Of a DNA stretch of 48,375 nucleotides, positions 17,808-26,509 are shown one piece after another. The position numbers were made by a program, and so were the translations under genes. The stretch is taken from positions 1 through 48,375 of IMG/VR virus record IMGVR_UViG_3300044769_000069, one strand, 5' to 3'. How positions within the stretch are numbered: position 1 is the stretch's first letter; each line of letters starts with the position of its first letter. This stretch comes from a virus (taxonomy: Duplodnaviria > Caudoviricetes). Under the pieces are notes generated by a model, which worked only from the letters and a program-made list of their open reading frames with translations, made no database searches and was not told where the DNA came from.

Positions 17808-18092
17808 TTACCCCAACGTGACAGTGATGTTCACGGGTACGGGGGCCGTGGCCGCAGGCACAGGCACGGTGACACTATCGCTAACCGAAGGGCCGGCTGT
17901 TATCTCGTCCGTGGAGAGCAATTCTACCTTCACGGGGTATGTTCCGGGAGAAACATTAGCGAACGTGTAAGTGCGCTCCGTCAGCGGAAGAACCACCGAG
18001 TTTGATCCGACAATAACACGGAACTTGGTAAACGATGCCGCCCCTGGAATCGCCTGATCGCTTGTTCCCCAATCAACTATGACATTTGCCAC
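17808..18092 (-). CDS. Small Ig/Fn3-like protein
   Basis: 94 aa, YTFANVSPGTYPVKV. Confidence 0.6.
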   Translation of the reverse strand: MANVIVDWGTSDQAIPGAASFTKFRVIVGSNSVVLPLTERTYTFANVSPGTYPVKVELLSTDEITAGPSVSDSVTVPVPAATAPVPVNITVTLG

Positions 18093-18301
18093 TATGTGTC
18101 TCTCCTCTCAACGCACCGACTGATTTTCACAGCCGCTTCCATCGCCTTTAAGTAGTCTTCCATTTCAGATTGGAAGGCCTCACATGCAGCTTTCTGCTTG
18201 AACGGTCCAACAGCGGTGTTCGCCTGGATTCCAGGCTTGGGCTCCGCGCTCATGAAGAAAAACCAGCCGACAAGAATGAAGGGTAAGAAGGTTTCTCTCA
18301 T
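18092..18301 (-). CDS. Small protein with N-terminal hydrophobic segment
   Basis: VGPFKQKAACEAF..CVE; start overlaps portal stop. Confidence 0.55.
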   Translation of the reverse strand: MRETFLPFILVGWFFFMSAEPKPGIQANTAVGPFKQKAACEAFQSEMEDYLKAMEAAVKISRCVERRDT

Positions 18302-20469
18302 TTCACATCCTTTTGAGGCTTGGCCTGCGCGACGGCCAACTGCATCTGCATCTTCTGCATCTCCAGCTGGTGTTTTACGGTCATAGCCTCCATTTTCATC
18401 TGATGTTCTTGCGCTTTGATCTCCGCGTCGGCTTGAGCCTGTCCCATTTCTAGTTGGACACGCTGTTGGTCCGACGCGGAGTTCTGTTTCATGTGCTCTT
18501 TGATCACTTCGGTGTTCGACTTCGCAGTCTGCGCCGTGTTGGGCTGGATTTGCATGATGGCCTGAGCTATTTCAGGCTTACCAGCAAGCTCCCACACCCC
18601 GGCACGCTCCACAGGCTCCAATGCATCGAGATTTGCCTGCATCGTGAGCTTAGGCTGAACAGGTGGCGGGCCTTGCGGCTCCGAAAGCACCTTAATGAGC
18701 CCTTCTTTGTTGCGGACACGTGAAGCTTTGAGCAACTCCAACGAATAAGGCGCTGGAAATTGCAGCAATTGCGGGAGAGTTTCCATCAGGATACGGAAAT
18801 GCTCGTCCTGCGTCGAAGGATCGTCCTCAAACTCGGTGACAACAACGTCATAGATGCCGGTTTTGAGCTTCGTCATCTGATCGGCATTGACTCCCACCAT
18901 CCGGGAAGCGTTCTCGTCGTCCGTCACCATGACAATCTTCTCGCCCGTATAGTATTTCTGCACAAGGTCGAGCACCACACGTGCAAAAATCTTGCGTGTG
19001 CGGCGAATGTTGTCGAACAGGGTGGCTACAGGCTTCGCGGCCTCCGCGTATTTCTTCTGAAGGCCGGTGCCTGAGCGGAGTTCGCCAGTTTGCTGCCCCA
19101 TGCGCTGATCCATTCCAACGATGGCGTACAGATCGGCCTGAGCACGTTGGTGCATGTTGAACTGCGAAGCGGCAAGCTCGACGTTTTCCTTGAACTGGAA
19201 GCGTCCGTTTGCAAGAGCCCCGTCTCGTAGCTCGATGTTTCCGTCTGGCTTGGCCTTCTCTTCGGCCATCTTCGCAGGGTCGTCCACCGCGCTCTTCTCG
19301 TAGATGGCTTGGTTGGTGTTTAACAAGTGGAGAGCCTTCGACTCTCTCTTGTTAATTGCGTCCTGCATGGACAGCGCCAACGTAATCAGAGAGTAGGGCT
19401 CTCCTGTTTTGCGTCGATACGCAAAGTAGGGCACCAGGGAGAAGAATTTGTGGTCTGTCTCCTTGTGCTCAAGCAGAATGCCGGCAGCGTACACGCCCAC
19501 ACAGATCGTAGTCTTGAGCCGGTTGAGCATTCTGTACGTGAGGCCCTGGGCCTTCACTTCTTTGATGATCTTAGGAAGCTCACCTTCGGGCACCAAGCTC
19601 GACGTGCCGTTCGAGAGCAGTATCACCTGCTCGCGCTCGATCTTCTTATACTGCACTTCGATTAGCCGGATGCGTTCGTTGTCTTTGTCGATGTAACGCT
19701 CGCCTTTGAAGTGATCGACGTTGGCGATCTGTGCGGAACTTGAGCCATCGCCCTGTGTTCCACCACCAGACGCCGAACGAAGGTCTTTTTCTGCTTGGGG
19801 GTATGTCTCCGCGGCCTCGTCTATGCTCCACCACTTGGCACGTGCCACGAACCGCGCGTCTTCATTCCAATCGTAGCGGCGGGAGTCGGGGTCTGGAAAC
19901 ACGATTAGGGGGTCTTCGTTGCGCACTTTGATTTCTGGCTGATCCATGTCATCAAAGGTGACGCTAACATCGAGGACACCCATGCCGCCCGTGAAGCCGT
20001 CCTCTGCCATGTCGCGCTCTTCAAACTCCAAGTCGTTGCTTTGGCGCACGTGCATGAGGAGATCGGACAGGACGTTGCCCAGGCCTTCATCAGGCTCCTG
20101 GTTGCGCCCCACGAATCCAACACGAAACTTCTGATTGACAAGATCGCCCACTAGCCGGTTCACCACCACACTGATTTGGTTGTTCACCGTGTCGGGCTGA
20201 TGCCGCTCCTCAAGCTCTTTCTTCTCCTCTTCGGTCCACTGCTCGCCCTCTCGATACTGAAAACACTTGATCATGGCGTTGCGGCCACGAATCCAAGAGG
20301 GGTTGTCTGCCGCGTAGGAGAACATCTTGTCGAGCTTGTCTATGAGCTTAGCCTTCTCGTCGTCATCGAGGTCCATCTCGGAGCTAAACTCTTTGTAATC
20401 CTCTTCCTCTTCACGGCCTTTGTCTTCGCCGCGCTCTTCGTATGTAGGGGAATTCACGGCATCGGCCAT
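18298..20469 (-). CDS. Portal protein (P22-like)
   Basis: 723 aa; YREGEQW, DPDSRRYDWNEDARF, QDAINKRESK, C-terminal coiled-coil barrel; follows TerL. Confidence 0.92.
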   Translation of the reverse strand: MADAVNSPTYEERGEDKGREEEEDYKEFSSEMDLDDDEKAKLIDKLDKMFSYAADNPSWIRGRNAMIKCFQYREGEQWTEEEKKELEERHQPDTVNNQISVVVNRLVGDLVNQKFRVGFVGRNQEPDEGLGNVLSDLLMHVRQSNDLEFEERDMAEDGFTGGMGVLDVSVTFDDMDQPEIKVRNEDPLIVFPDPDSRRYDWNEDARFVARAKWWSIDEAAETYPQAEKDLRSASGGGTQGDGSSSAQIANVDHFKGERYIDKDNERIRLIEVQYKKIEREQVILLSNGTSSLVPEGELPKIIKEVKAQGLTYRMLNRLKTTICVGVYAAGILLEHKETDHKFFSLVPYFAYRRKTGEPYSLITLALSMQDAINKRESKALHLLNTNQAIYEKSAVDDPAKMAEEKAKPDGNIELRDGALANGRFQFKENVELAASQFNMHQRAQADLYAIVGMDQRMGQQTGELRSGTGLQKKYAEAAKPVATLFDNIRRTRKIFARVVLDLVQKYYTGEKIVMVTDDENASRMVGVNADQMTKLKTGIYDVVVTEFEDDPSTQDEHFRILMETLPQLLQFPAPYSLELLKASRVRNKEGLIKVLSEPQGPPPVQPKLTMQANLDALEPVERAGVWELAGKPEIAQAIMQIQPNTAQTAKSNTEVIKEHMKQNSASDQQRVQLEMGQAQADAEIKAQEHQMKMEAMTVKHQLEMQKMQMQLAVAQAKPQKDVK

Positions 20470-20493
20470 TTAGTGTTCCTTTTTCAGAGAATG

Positions 20494-21975
20494 TTACGCC
20501 ACACGCCAGCTTGTGACAGCTGACCTTCGCTCCTTTGCGCGTGGCGCTGGTCGCCTGCGCACTTCGCTTGGGCCATATCGCATGGTCATCATCAGAGCGT
20601 CCGCGCGGTTGGGCGATTCCACACCGCGGCGCTTCAGGTCTGCCTTGCTCTCCACCTTGATGATGCCTGTGCTGTCGTCGTAGTGCGGAGCATTGAGATC
20701 GCCTTTGAGAATGGGGTCGTCCGGGATGCTCAAGTGGCCGCGCTCGAAGGTTTCCCGCATGGTCCACCAGAGTTCGTCGCGCAGACGGTGGAAACGGTCG
20801 GGGTTGTATGAGTGTTCGCTGACGTTCACTTGCACCACGTCCACACCGATGTGCTTCACGCGGCGCTCGATCTCGCCCATCACACCCCATCCCCATCCAA
20901 TCGGATCACCGAAGAAGATCGTGGGAGGAGCGGAGAGCGTCTCGCGCACAGCCCAATCGACTACCTTTGTACTTTCGTTATATCCTTTTGCTTCGAGGGA
21001 TAGTACACGTGGGCCGTGTCTTTTAAGGAGAATGCTGTCATCGCCTCCCGCTCCAACATCGAGGCTGTAAATGAGCTTATCATCTGATAGGGGCTCCAAG
21101 TCTCGATCAACAGCTTCCTCGATCCAATCCCAAGGGATGACTTCGTTCTCTCCAGACAGGGGAGGCAGTCCCAGGACACGAATCCGAAATGCATTTGAGT
21201 CCCGCCCGTACTTTCTCTCCAGTCGATCAATACTTTCTCGTGTGACAAGTTCGCTCTCCTCCGAGTTCCAGCGGAACGTCACCCATTGGTCGCGCTCCTT
21301 GTATTGCGTGTCGTAAGCAAACCCTTTGCCCTTCGTAGGGTTGAACGTAAGCAGGCAGAGATTACACTTCCTAGTGAGAGTGGCTTCGAGCGGTCTAAAT
21401 ACAGGGTCGGGTACACCTGTCGCTTCATCGCCCACAATAAGAACGAAATCCTCATGGATACCCGCGAGTGTTTCCGCTTGCTCATCGGCGCTGTTCCTTG
21501 GATTTGCTGTACGGGCGCTGATGAACCATTGTTGTCCATCGCACTCCTTCAGAAAGAACTTGTCGCTCTGCCAGACAAACCATTCTTTGATCTTGCTCTT
21601 CTGATGCCACTTCGCAAGCTCCGACCAAAGGTTGTCACGCAGCTGTCGAGCCGAAGGCGAGACGGCCACGCACTTTGGATACGGAAAGACAGACAAGAAC
21701 CAGAGCACCAGCACAGCGGCAAGAGCGCCTTTGCCAGTTCCTACGCCTGACATAATACTCATCCCGAACTTGCGGGAGAGATGCTTTATCTTGTCGCTGT
21801 GCTTTCCGTTGGGATTCCCGTTCACTTCAAGCTTCGCCCAACATAGCTCCACGAACGCTTTGGCCGCAATTAGCTGTTGTCTAGTGAAGGTGAAGTCTGG
21901 AAGGGTGTCCGCAACATACTTCTCAATGTCCTTGCTCCAGGCTAGGACAATATCTGCTTCTTCTGATCGTGCCAT
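20494..21975 (-). CDS. terL: Terminase large subunit
   Basis: Walker A SGVGTGKG, Walker B LIVGDEA, TFNPT, nuclease LDVGAGGDD and SPNRADAL; start at MARSEE. Confidence 0.95.
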   Translation of the reverse strand: MARSEEADIVLAWSKDIEKYVADTLPDFTFTRQQLIAAKAFVELCWAKLEVNGNPNGKHSDKIKHLSRKFGMSIMSGVGTGKGALAAVLVLWFLSVFPYPKCVAVSPSARQLRDNLWSELAKWHQKSKIKEWFVWQSDKFFLKECDGQQWFISARTANPRNSADEQAETLAGIHEDFVLIVGDEATGVPDPVFRPLEATLTRKCNLCLLTFNPTKGKGFAYDTQYKERDQWVTFRWNSEESELVTRESIDRLERKYGRDSNAFRIRVLGLPPLSGENEVIPWDWIEEAVDRDLEPLSDDKLIYSLDVGAGGDDSILLKRHGPRVLSLEAKGYNESTKVVDWAVRETLSAPPTIFFGDPIGWGWGVMGEIERRVKHIGVDVVQVNVSEHSYNPDRFHRLRDELWWTMRETFERGHLSIPDDPILKGDLNAPHYDDSTGIIKVESKADLKRRGVESPNRADALMMTMRYGPSEVRRRPAPRAKERRSAVTSWRVA

Positions 21976-22081
21976 TGTCCCTCGCCTGCACAAAGCTTAC
22001 ATTCAATGTAAGGTTATCGCGACATGAATCGCGACATCGTGTCGTGATTACCCGAAGATTTCTTTTAGTGGCTTTTTCTTT

Positions 22082-22570
22082 TTAGGTTTCTTTTTCAATT
22101 TCAATTTCGATTTCACGCGGCTCCTCCTCCTGGGCCGGCGAAGCCGGCATCTGTGCTCTGTTTGCGCCGTGTGCATCTTCGATGATGCGGCGCAGGCTGA
22201 AGATGTTCTCTGTGCTCTTGCCTTCGACAAGTCTCCGTTGCTGGAAGCTCTTGTCCATGACGGCCACGGCTTCAATCGGTGTCATTGTCGGAATGAGATC
22301 GTGAATGCGAGCACGTGCTTCGATGTTCATGGCTGTCAAGTCGATCAACTCTTTGCTTTTGTACTCCTCCACAAGTTTTTGAAACTTGGGATCGGTGAAC
22401 ATCGGGCTCTCACAGTAGCGTTTGATTGTGTGCGGCGAGCGCCCCATGATTTCCCCGACTCTGTAGTTCGACATGTCGAGGTCTTTGAGGGCCAGCATTT
22501 GGGCCTGTTCTCGTTTGGTGGGCGGCACGCCTTTTCGCTTTGATAATCCGGGTTTGCGTAGCTTGGGCAT
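22082..22570 (-). CDS. Probable terminase small subunit (HTH)
   Basis: Upstream of TerL; HTH SNYRVGEIMGRSPHTIKRY; ATG 22570 with GAGGAGG RBS. Confidence 0.65.
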   Translation of the reverse strand: MPKLRKPGLSKRKGVPPTKREQAQMLALKDLDMSNYRVGEIMGRSPHTIKRYCESPMFTDPKFQKLVEEYKSKELIDLTAMNIEARARIHDLIPTMTPIEAVAVMDKSFQQRRLVEGKSTENIFSLRRIIEDAHGANRAQMPASPAQEEEPREIEIEIEKET

Positions 22571-22940
22571 GATGCCCCTCCTCATAAGTATCGGGACAAA
22601 CGGTATGGTTTTGTCATTTAAGAGAGCACGGAGGAGCACGTAAGTGCTTGGGGGGAAAGAGAAAAGTTCTTTTTGTTCTACATGCGTGAGAAAAGGCTCT
22701 AAGTATAGACCTCTGAGCCCGGCCCCCCCTGGGGCACCCCCCCGCGCCGGCCTAGCAAAATCCATGCCAGGACCTCGGCACGGGTCTTGCTTGCACGTGC
22801 ATGGCACGCATCTTGCATGCAACCATCATTGCTCAATCATATCAGTATGTTACACGTAGCAATAGCATCTTAAGAGATTGTACAGCGTACCATAACGGTC
22901 TATATGGTACGGTCTACAGCGCTGAATTAGCGCTCCGATG

Positions 22941-22972
22941 CCGCGGGAAGAGCGCTCCGCGGGAAGAGCGCT
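22941..22972. repeat. Tandem 16-bp direct repeat CCGCGGGAAGAGCGCT x2
   Basis: Exact copies at 22941-22956 and 22957-22972. Confidence 0.95.
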
Positions 22973-23002
22973 AACTTTTACAGGCCTGCGATTAAGTCAT
23001 GC

Positions 23003-23064
23003 GACACGGAAGACAATGTGACAAATTTGACAAAGTGACAGTGACACAATTGACAATCTTGACA
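23003..23064. repeat. Array of eight GACA-core boxes at 6-9 bp spacing
   Basis: GACA at 23003, 23012, 23020, 23029, 23037, 23043, 23052, 23061. Confidence 0.85.
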
Positions 23065-23087
23065 AACTGGCATGGCATGATTAAGAT
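23059..23087 (+). promoter_or_regulatory. Sigma70-type early promoter
   Basis: TTGACA (23059-64), 17 nt, TAAGAT (23082-87), upstream of first plus-strand gene. Confidence 0.75.
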
Positions 23088-23165
23088 AACACCAACGAAA
23101 ACAACATGGCTTGTCTGGCATGTTGGTTGCTCTGCTTAATGGTATCTTACTGAAGAGGAGTTCAG

Positions 23166-23807
23166 ATGGCAAAAAAACAAAGTACAATTGACAATCTTGC
23201 AGCGCTAAACCGCGTTGGCGGATTATCTGAACCGAGCAAAATGCCATGCTACAGCTACAGCATCCCTGCTAGTTCATGCAAACTCGGTTCAATACTGGCA
23301 AAGATTAAAGGAACAACGTGCCATGGTTGCTACGCTAACACGCGAGCATACACTTGGCCAATTGTCCGCAATGCCATGGAAAGAAGATTGAACACGCTAA
23401 CATCGCCAACATGGATTGATGATATGATCAAGGTGATTAGCTGGAAAGAAAAGAGCAAGTTCTTTCGTTGGCATGACAGCGGGGACTTGCAAGGTGTTTG
23501 GCATTTACGAAATATCGTCCTAGTCGCAATTGGCTTGCCAGATATAACATTTTGGTTGCCGACACGGGAAACTGCAATGGTAAAAGCTTACCTTGCAGAG
23601 TTTGGCGAGTTTCCGTCTAATCTTACGGTCCGCGTAAGCGCCACTAAGATTGATTCTACAATAGCGCTGTTAGACTTGCCAACATCTGGTGTTTCCGCCA
23701 ACATGGAGCAAGTGAATTGCAATGCCGTGAAGCAAGATAACGAATGCCGGGACTGTAGAAAATGTTGGAGCAAGTCAGTCCCTAATATCGTCTACAAAAA
23801 ACATTAG
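23166..23807 (+). CDS. Gp88-like phage protein (Cys-rich)
   Basis: GLSEPSKMPCYSYSIPA..C..CHGCYA, FFRWHDSGD, FWLPTRE, CRDCRKCW. Confidence 0.85.
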   Translation: MAKKQSTIDNLAALNRVGGLSEPSKMPCYSYSIPASSCKLGSILAKIKGTTCHGCYANTRAYTWPIVRNAMERRLNTLTSPTWIDDMIKVISWKEKSKFFRWHDSGDLQGVWHLRNIVLVAIGLPDITFWLPTRETAMVKAYLAEFGEFPSNLTVRVSATKIDSTIALLDLPTSGVSANMEQVNCNAVKQDNECRDCRKCWSKSVPNIVYKKH

Positions 23808-24038
23808 AGGAGCGCTAGAACATGAACAAAGACAAACTTGAGATTCTAATCGACAACCAAGGCCTTGACGCAGTGTTAGAATTGATAGGGAATATCTGCT
23901 TTGAGAAGTCAGAACATCTAGCTATGAATTGGCAAGATGAAAAGTCAGCTAAGCAGTGGGATCGAATCGCTTACGTTGTACACGCTACAGCGCGCAAGGT
24001 TGCAACAATCCAGAAGTGAAGAGGAGCGCTAGAACATG
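23806..24038 (+). repeat. 19-bp start-associated repeat AGAGGAGCGCTAGAACATG x2
   Basis: Exact copies at 23806-23824 and 24020-24038, each ending at a start codon. Confidence 0.92.
23822..24019 (+). CDS. Hypothetical early protein
   Basis: 65 aa, GAGGAG RBS. Confidence 0.75.
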   Translation: MNKDKLEILIDNQGLDAVLELIGNICFEKSEHLAMNWQDEKSAKQWDRIAYVVHATARKVATIQK

Positions 24039-24248
24039 GAAGCCTATACCATATCGATTGAACAATACCGCGGAGCGCTCCGCGAAGCAATGTCCCAAGA
24101 CAAGATAGACAGCGCTTATATTGCGCACCTTGCCAACGATTACAAAATCCTGAATGATGGCAAAGTCATTGCAAGATGGAGCGTTGACAAGTCAGAAACT
24201 AACGTGTACACTATTCGTGATCGGTTCAGATTGTTTTCGAATCTCTAA
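24036..24248 (+). CDS. Hypothetical early protein
   Basis: 70 aa, GAGGAG RBS. Confidence 0.7.
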   Translation: MEAYTISIEQYRGALREAMSQDKIDSAYIAHLANDYKILNDGKVIARWSVDKSETNVYTIRDRFRLFSNL

Positions 24249-24520
24249 GAGGAGTCAAGAAAATGAGCAAGTCAATTCCAGCTGTCAAGGATTATTCAGT
24301 TAAGTTCTATCGAGTCAATGAGCGCAAGCCATACGCTGAAATTATAGTCAGCGCTCCGACCAAGTTCTTGGCTAAGCTTAACGCTCGTCATTGCTTCGGT
24401 AAAAAGTTCTATGCTGCACTTGCAATGCCGGGATACGAGCGCTATACTATCGGCATGATCAAGTCACGAAACGTGACGGAAGCATTCGTCAACAGCTTCA
24501 GCAGCTAAGAGGAGTCAAGA
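24245..24520 (+). repeat. 16-bp start-associated repeat CTAAGAGGAGTCAAGA x2
   Basis: Exact copies at 24245-24260 and 24505-24520, each containing the upstream stop and next RBS. Confidence 0.92.
24263..24508 (+). CDS. Hypothetical early protein
   Basis: 81 aa, GAGGAG RBS. Confidence 0.7.
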   Translation: MSKSIPAVKDYSVKFYRVNERKPYAEIIVSAPTKFLAKLNARHCFGKKFYAALAMPGYERYTIGMIKSRNVTEAFVNSFSS

Positions 24521-24523
24521 GCC

Positions 24524-24778
24524 ATGGCTAAACGAGTCAATTGCTTAGTGGCAAGCGAGCGAGAAAAGGAATGTACAGAGCATCATTTCAGCTGGACAGG
24601 CAAGATGCCTTGCACTGGATTGATTCGATGCATGTACTGTAACACAACCAAAAGCGATTTTGACAATTCTGTCAATGACATTGTCACAATTGACACGGAC
24701 CTGGAAGACCAAAGAGCCGAAATGCTCCAAGAAATGGCCGAAGATGCCATCGACGACGTTGGCACAGAAACTGCTTAA
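24524..24778 (+). CDS. Hypothetical early protein with Cys motif and acidic C-terminus
   Basis: 84 aa, CTEHHF..CTG..CMYC. Confidence 0.7.
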   Translation: MAKRVNCLVASEREKECTEHHFSWTGKMPCTGLIRCMYCNTTKSDFDNSVNDIVTIDTDLEDQRAEMLQEMAEDAIDDVGTETA

Positions 24779-24825
24779 TAACAAGTCAAGTCAGAACATC
24801 AACCACTAACCAAAAAGGAGTTTTT

Positions 24826-25572
24826 ATGAGTTCATTTATTGGCAATAGCAAAGGCGGAATCGTAGTTTCAATCGAAGACTTGCGGCACGTACCAACGCCG
24901 GCACCGACCTACAGCTGGAAGCCTGTGAGTCACTTCGAGATGGTGACAGTGCTGAAATCGAAGCTTGAAGGCAAAGGCCTCGAAATCACTAAGGAATCAT
25001 TCAGCGTTGCTTCCGAAGGGCTCAACCTATTCGGGGTGTTCAACGTGTCCGCGGACCATGCTCCAGATGTAGGCCTTGACTCGTCATTCAGCATTGGCTT
25101 CCGTCACAGCAATAAAAAGCAGTTTGCAATCCAGATGGTGGCAGGGCTCAACGTCTTCGTTTGCTCGAATCTCTGCTTTAGTGGTGACATGATCACGCTG
25201 AAACGTAAGCACACTTCCGGGCTCAATCTGAATTGGGAATTGGACTTGGCAGTCGAGCGCTACCTAGCGAAATCAGCGAAGCTCGAAGATGAAATCAACT
25301 TCATGAGAGCCCGCGATGTAACTCCGCTCGAAGCAAAGGCTTTTCTCGTTGACAACGTGGTCAGCGGAAACCTACCACAGGCCCTTCTCAAAACAGCGTA
25401 TGAAAACTATTTCGAGAAGAGCATCGAAAAGCCAGACTGTGCTGATGACACGGCATGGGGATTGCACAACGCAGTAACGCGGGCCGTCCGGGATGCGAAC
25501 CTAGTTCCCGAGTCTAAATTCGGGATCACGATCCGCCTGGGCTCCGCGATCCGCAAGCTGTTCAATCGCTAA
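24826..25572 (+). CDS. DUF932-family protein
   Basis: WKPVSH, IGFRHSN, GLNVFVCSNLCF, KHT, TAWGLHNAVT. Confidence 0.85.
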   Translation: MSSFIGNSKGGIVVSIEDLRHVPTPAPTYSWKPVSHFEMVTVLKSKLEGKGLEITKESFSVASEGLNLFGVFNVSADHAPDVGLDSSFSIGFRHSNKKQFAIQMVAGLNVFVCSNLCFSGDMITLKRKHTSGLNLNWELDLAVERYLAKSAKLEDEINFMRARDVTPLEAKAFLVDNVVSGNLPQALLKTAYENYFEKSIEKPDCADDTAWGLHNAVTRAVRDANLVPESKFGITIRLGSAIRKLFNR

Positions 25573-25583
25573 ACACTAACCGC

Positions 25584-25613
25584 GGTGGGTGTAGGGGAAA
25601 CCCTGCACCCATC
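25584..25613 (+). promoter_or_regulatory. 13-bp GNRA-tetraloop hairpin after DUF932 gene
   Basis: GGTGGGTGTAGGG-GAAA-CCCTGCACCCATC with two G-U pairs; no U-tract. Confidence 0.55.
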
Positions 25614-25633
25614 CCTAACTGAAAGGAATTGCT

Positions 25634-25939
25634 GTGAAAATCAACCGGATACGTAACTTCAAGAAGACTTGCGAGATCACTTTCACCATCAGCGGGAAAG
25701 AAGCCGAGTATTTATCCCATGCCATTGGGAACCTTGGGAAGTGGTCACGTACCCCTGACCTAGTCCAAAGGCTAGGCTATGCCACCCACTGCCAGCGGGG
25801 AGCAAGGCTCTTAACTATGCTGAATGATGAGGCTTTTTGGTCGCATTGGGAGAACAATTTCGCGGATCGACAGTTCAGCCCTAACGGTCAGATGCTCAAA
25901 ATGTGGTCTGACACTGACCCTAAATCCGGCCAGGAATAG
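25634..25939 (+). CDS. Hypothetical protein
   Basis: 101 aa, AAGGA RBS, GTG start. Confidence 0.6.
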   Translation: MKINRIRNFKKTCEITFTISGKEAEYLSHAIGNLGKWSRTPDLVQRLGYATHCQRGARLLTMLNDEAFWSHWENNFADRQFSPNGQMLKMWSDTDPKSGQE

Positions 25940-26053
25940 GCCTGGCTTTCGATTTTAGGGGGGGTTGGCCTCGAATTGAGGCCTTCCCCTCAACCGGGCA
26001 CCAAAATGCGTTAATGGGCCAGCCAGAGCCCTTAAAAACGGAAAGTGAATGAT

Positions 26054-26509
26054 ATGGCTAACTTAACTTGGACTTCAACGCAGTATTCAAACCCTGACCC
26101 TTGGCAGATCGGTGAACGCCTCGACTGCGCGGTGAGGGCCATCGCTATCGCCATGGATATTCCCTACGCCAATGCTCATGCCCTACTCCGGGAGCATGGG
26201 CGTAAGCCTAAGCACAGAACAGCTGTGATTGCAGTCACAAACCTGATTGCTCAGCATCGCCCCACTGCGAAGCTCACGTATCATCGCCCATCGAGGATCA
26301 CCGTTGCACGTTTTGCCAAGCTCAACGCCAAGGGACGGTATGTTATATTTATACGTGGTCACTTCTTCGCCATCGTAGATGGCACTGTTCACAGCTTCAA
26401 GGGCCACGAGAAGGCACGTGTTCTCTGGGCTTGGAATATCACGTCAAGCTCCACGTGCTCCTCAGAGGTCTACGAGTCAGCAGCTTTAGCTGCTACGTGC
26501 AAAATATAG
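26054..26509 (+). CDS. Phage protein with papain/peptidase C39-like Cys-His motif
   Basis: DCAVRAIAIA..PY and GHFFAIVDG. Confidence 0.6.
   Translation: MANLTWTSTQYSNPDPWQIGERLDCAVRAIAIAMDIPYANAHALLREHGRKPKHRTAVIAVTNLIAQHRPTAKLTYHRPSRITVARFAKLNAKGRYVIFIRGHFFAIVDGTVHSFKGHEKARVLWAWNITSSSTCSSEVYESAALAATCKI

Noticed and set aside
22571-22822. N-terminal extension of the 246-aa ORF
   Set aside because: A strong RBS precedes ATG 22570; the extension runs through the repeat-rich control region and looks non-coding
22918-24526. CRISPR or mini-CRISPR array
   Set aside because: Repeats are 16-19 bp, present only in pairs and separated by whole genes or by nothing; no regular spacers. The Cas4-like gene is a common stand-alone phage nuclease
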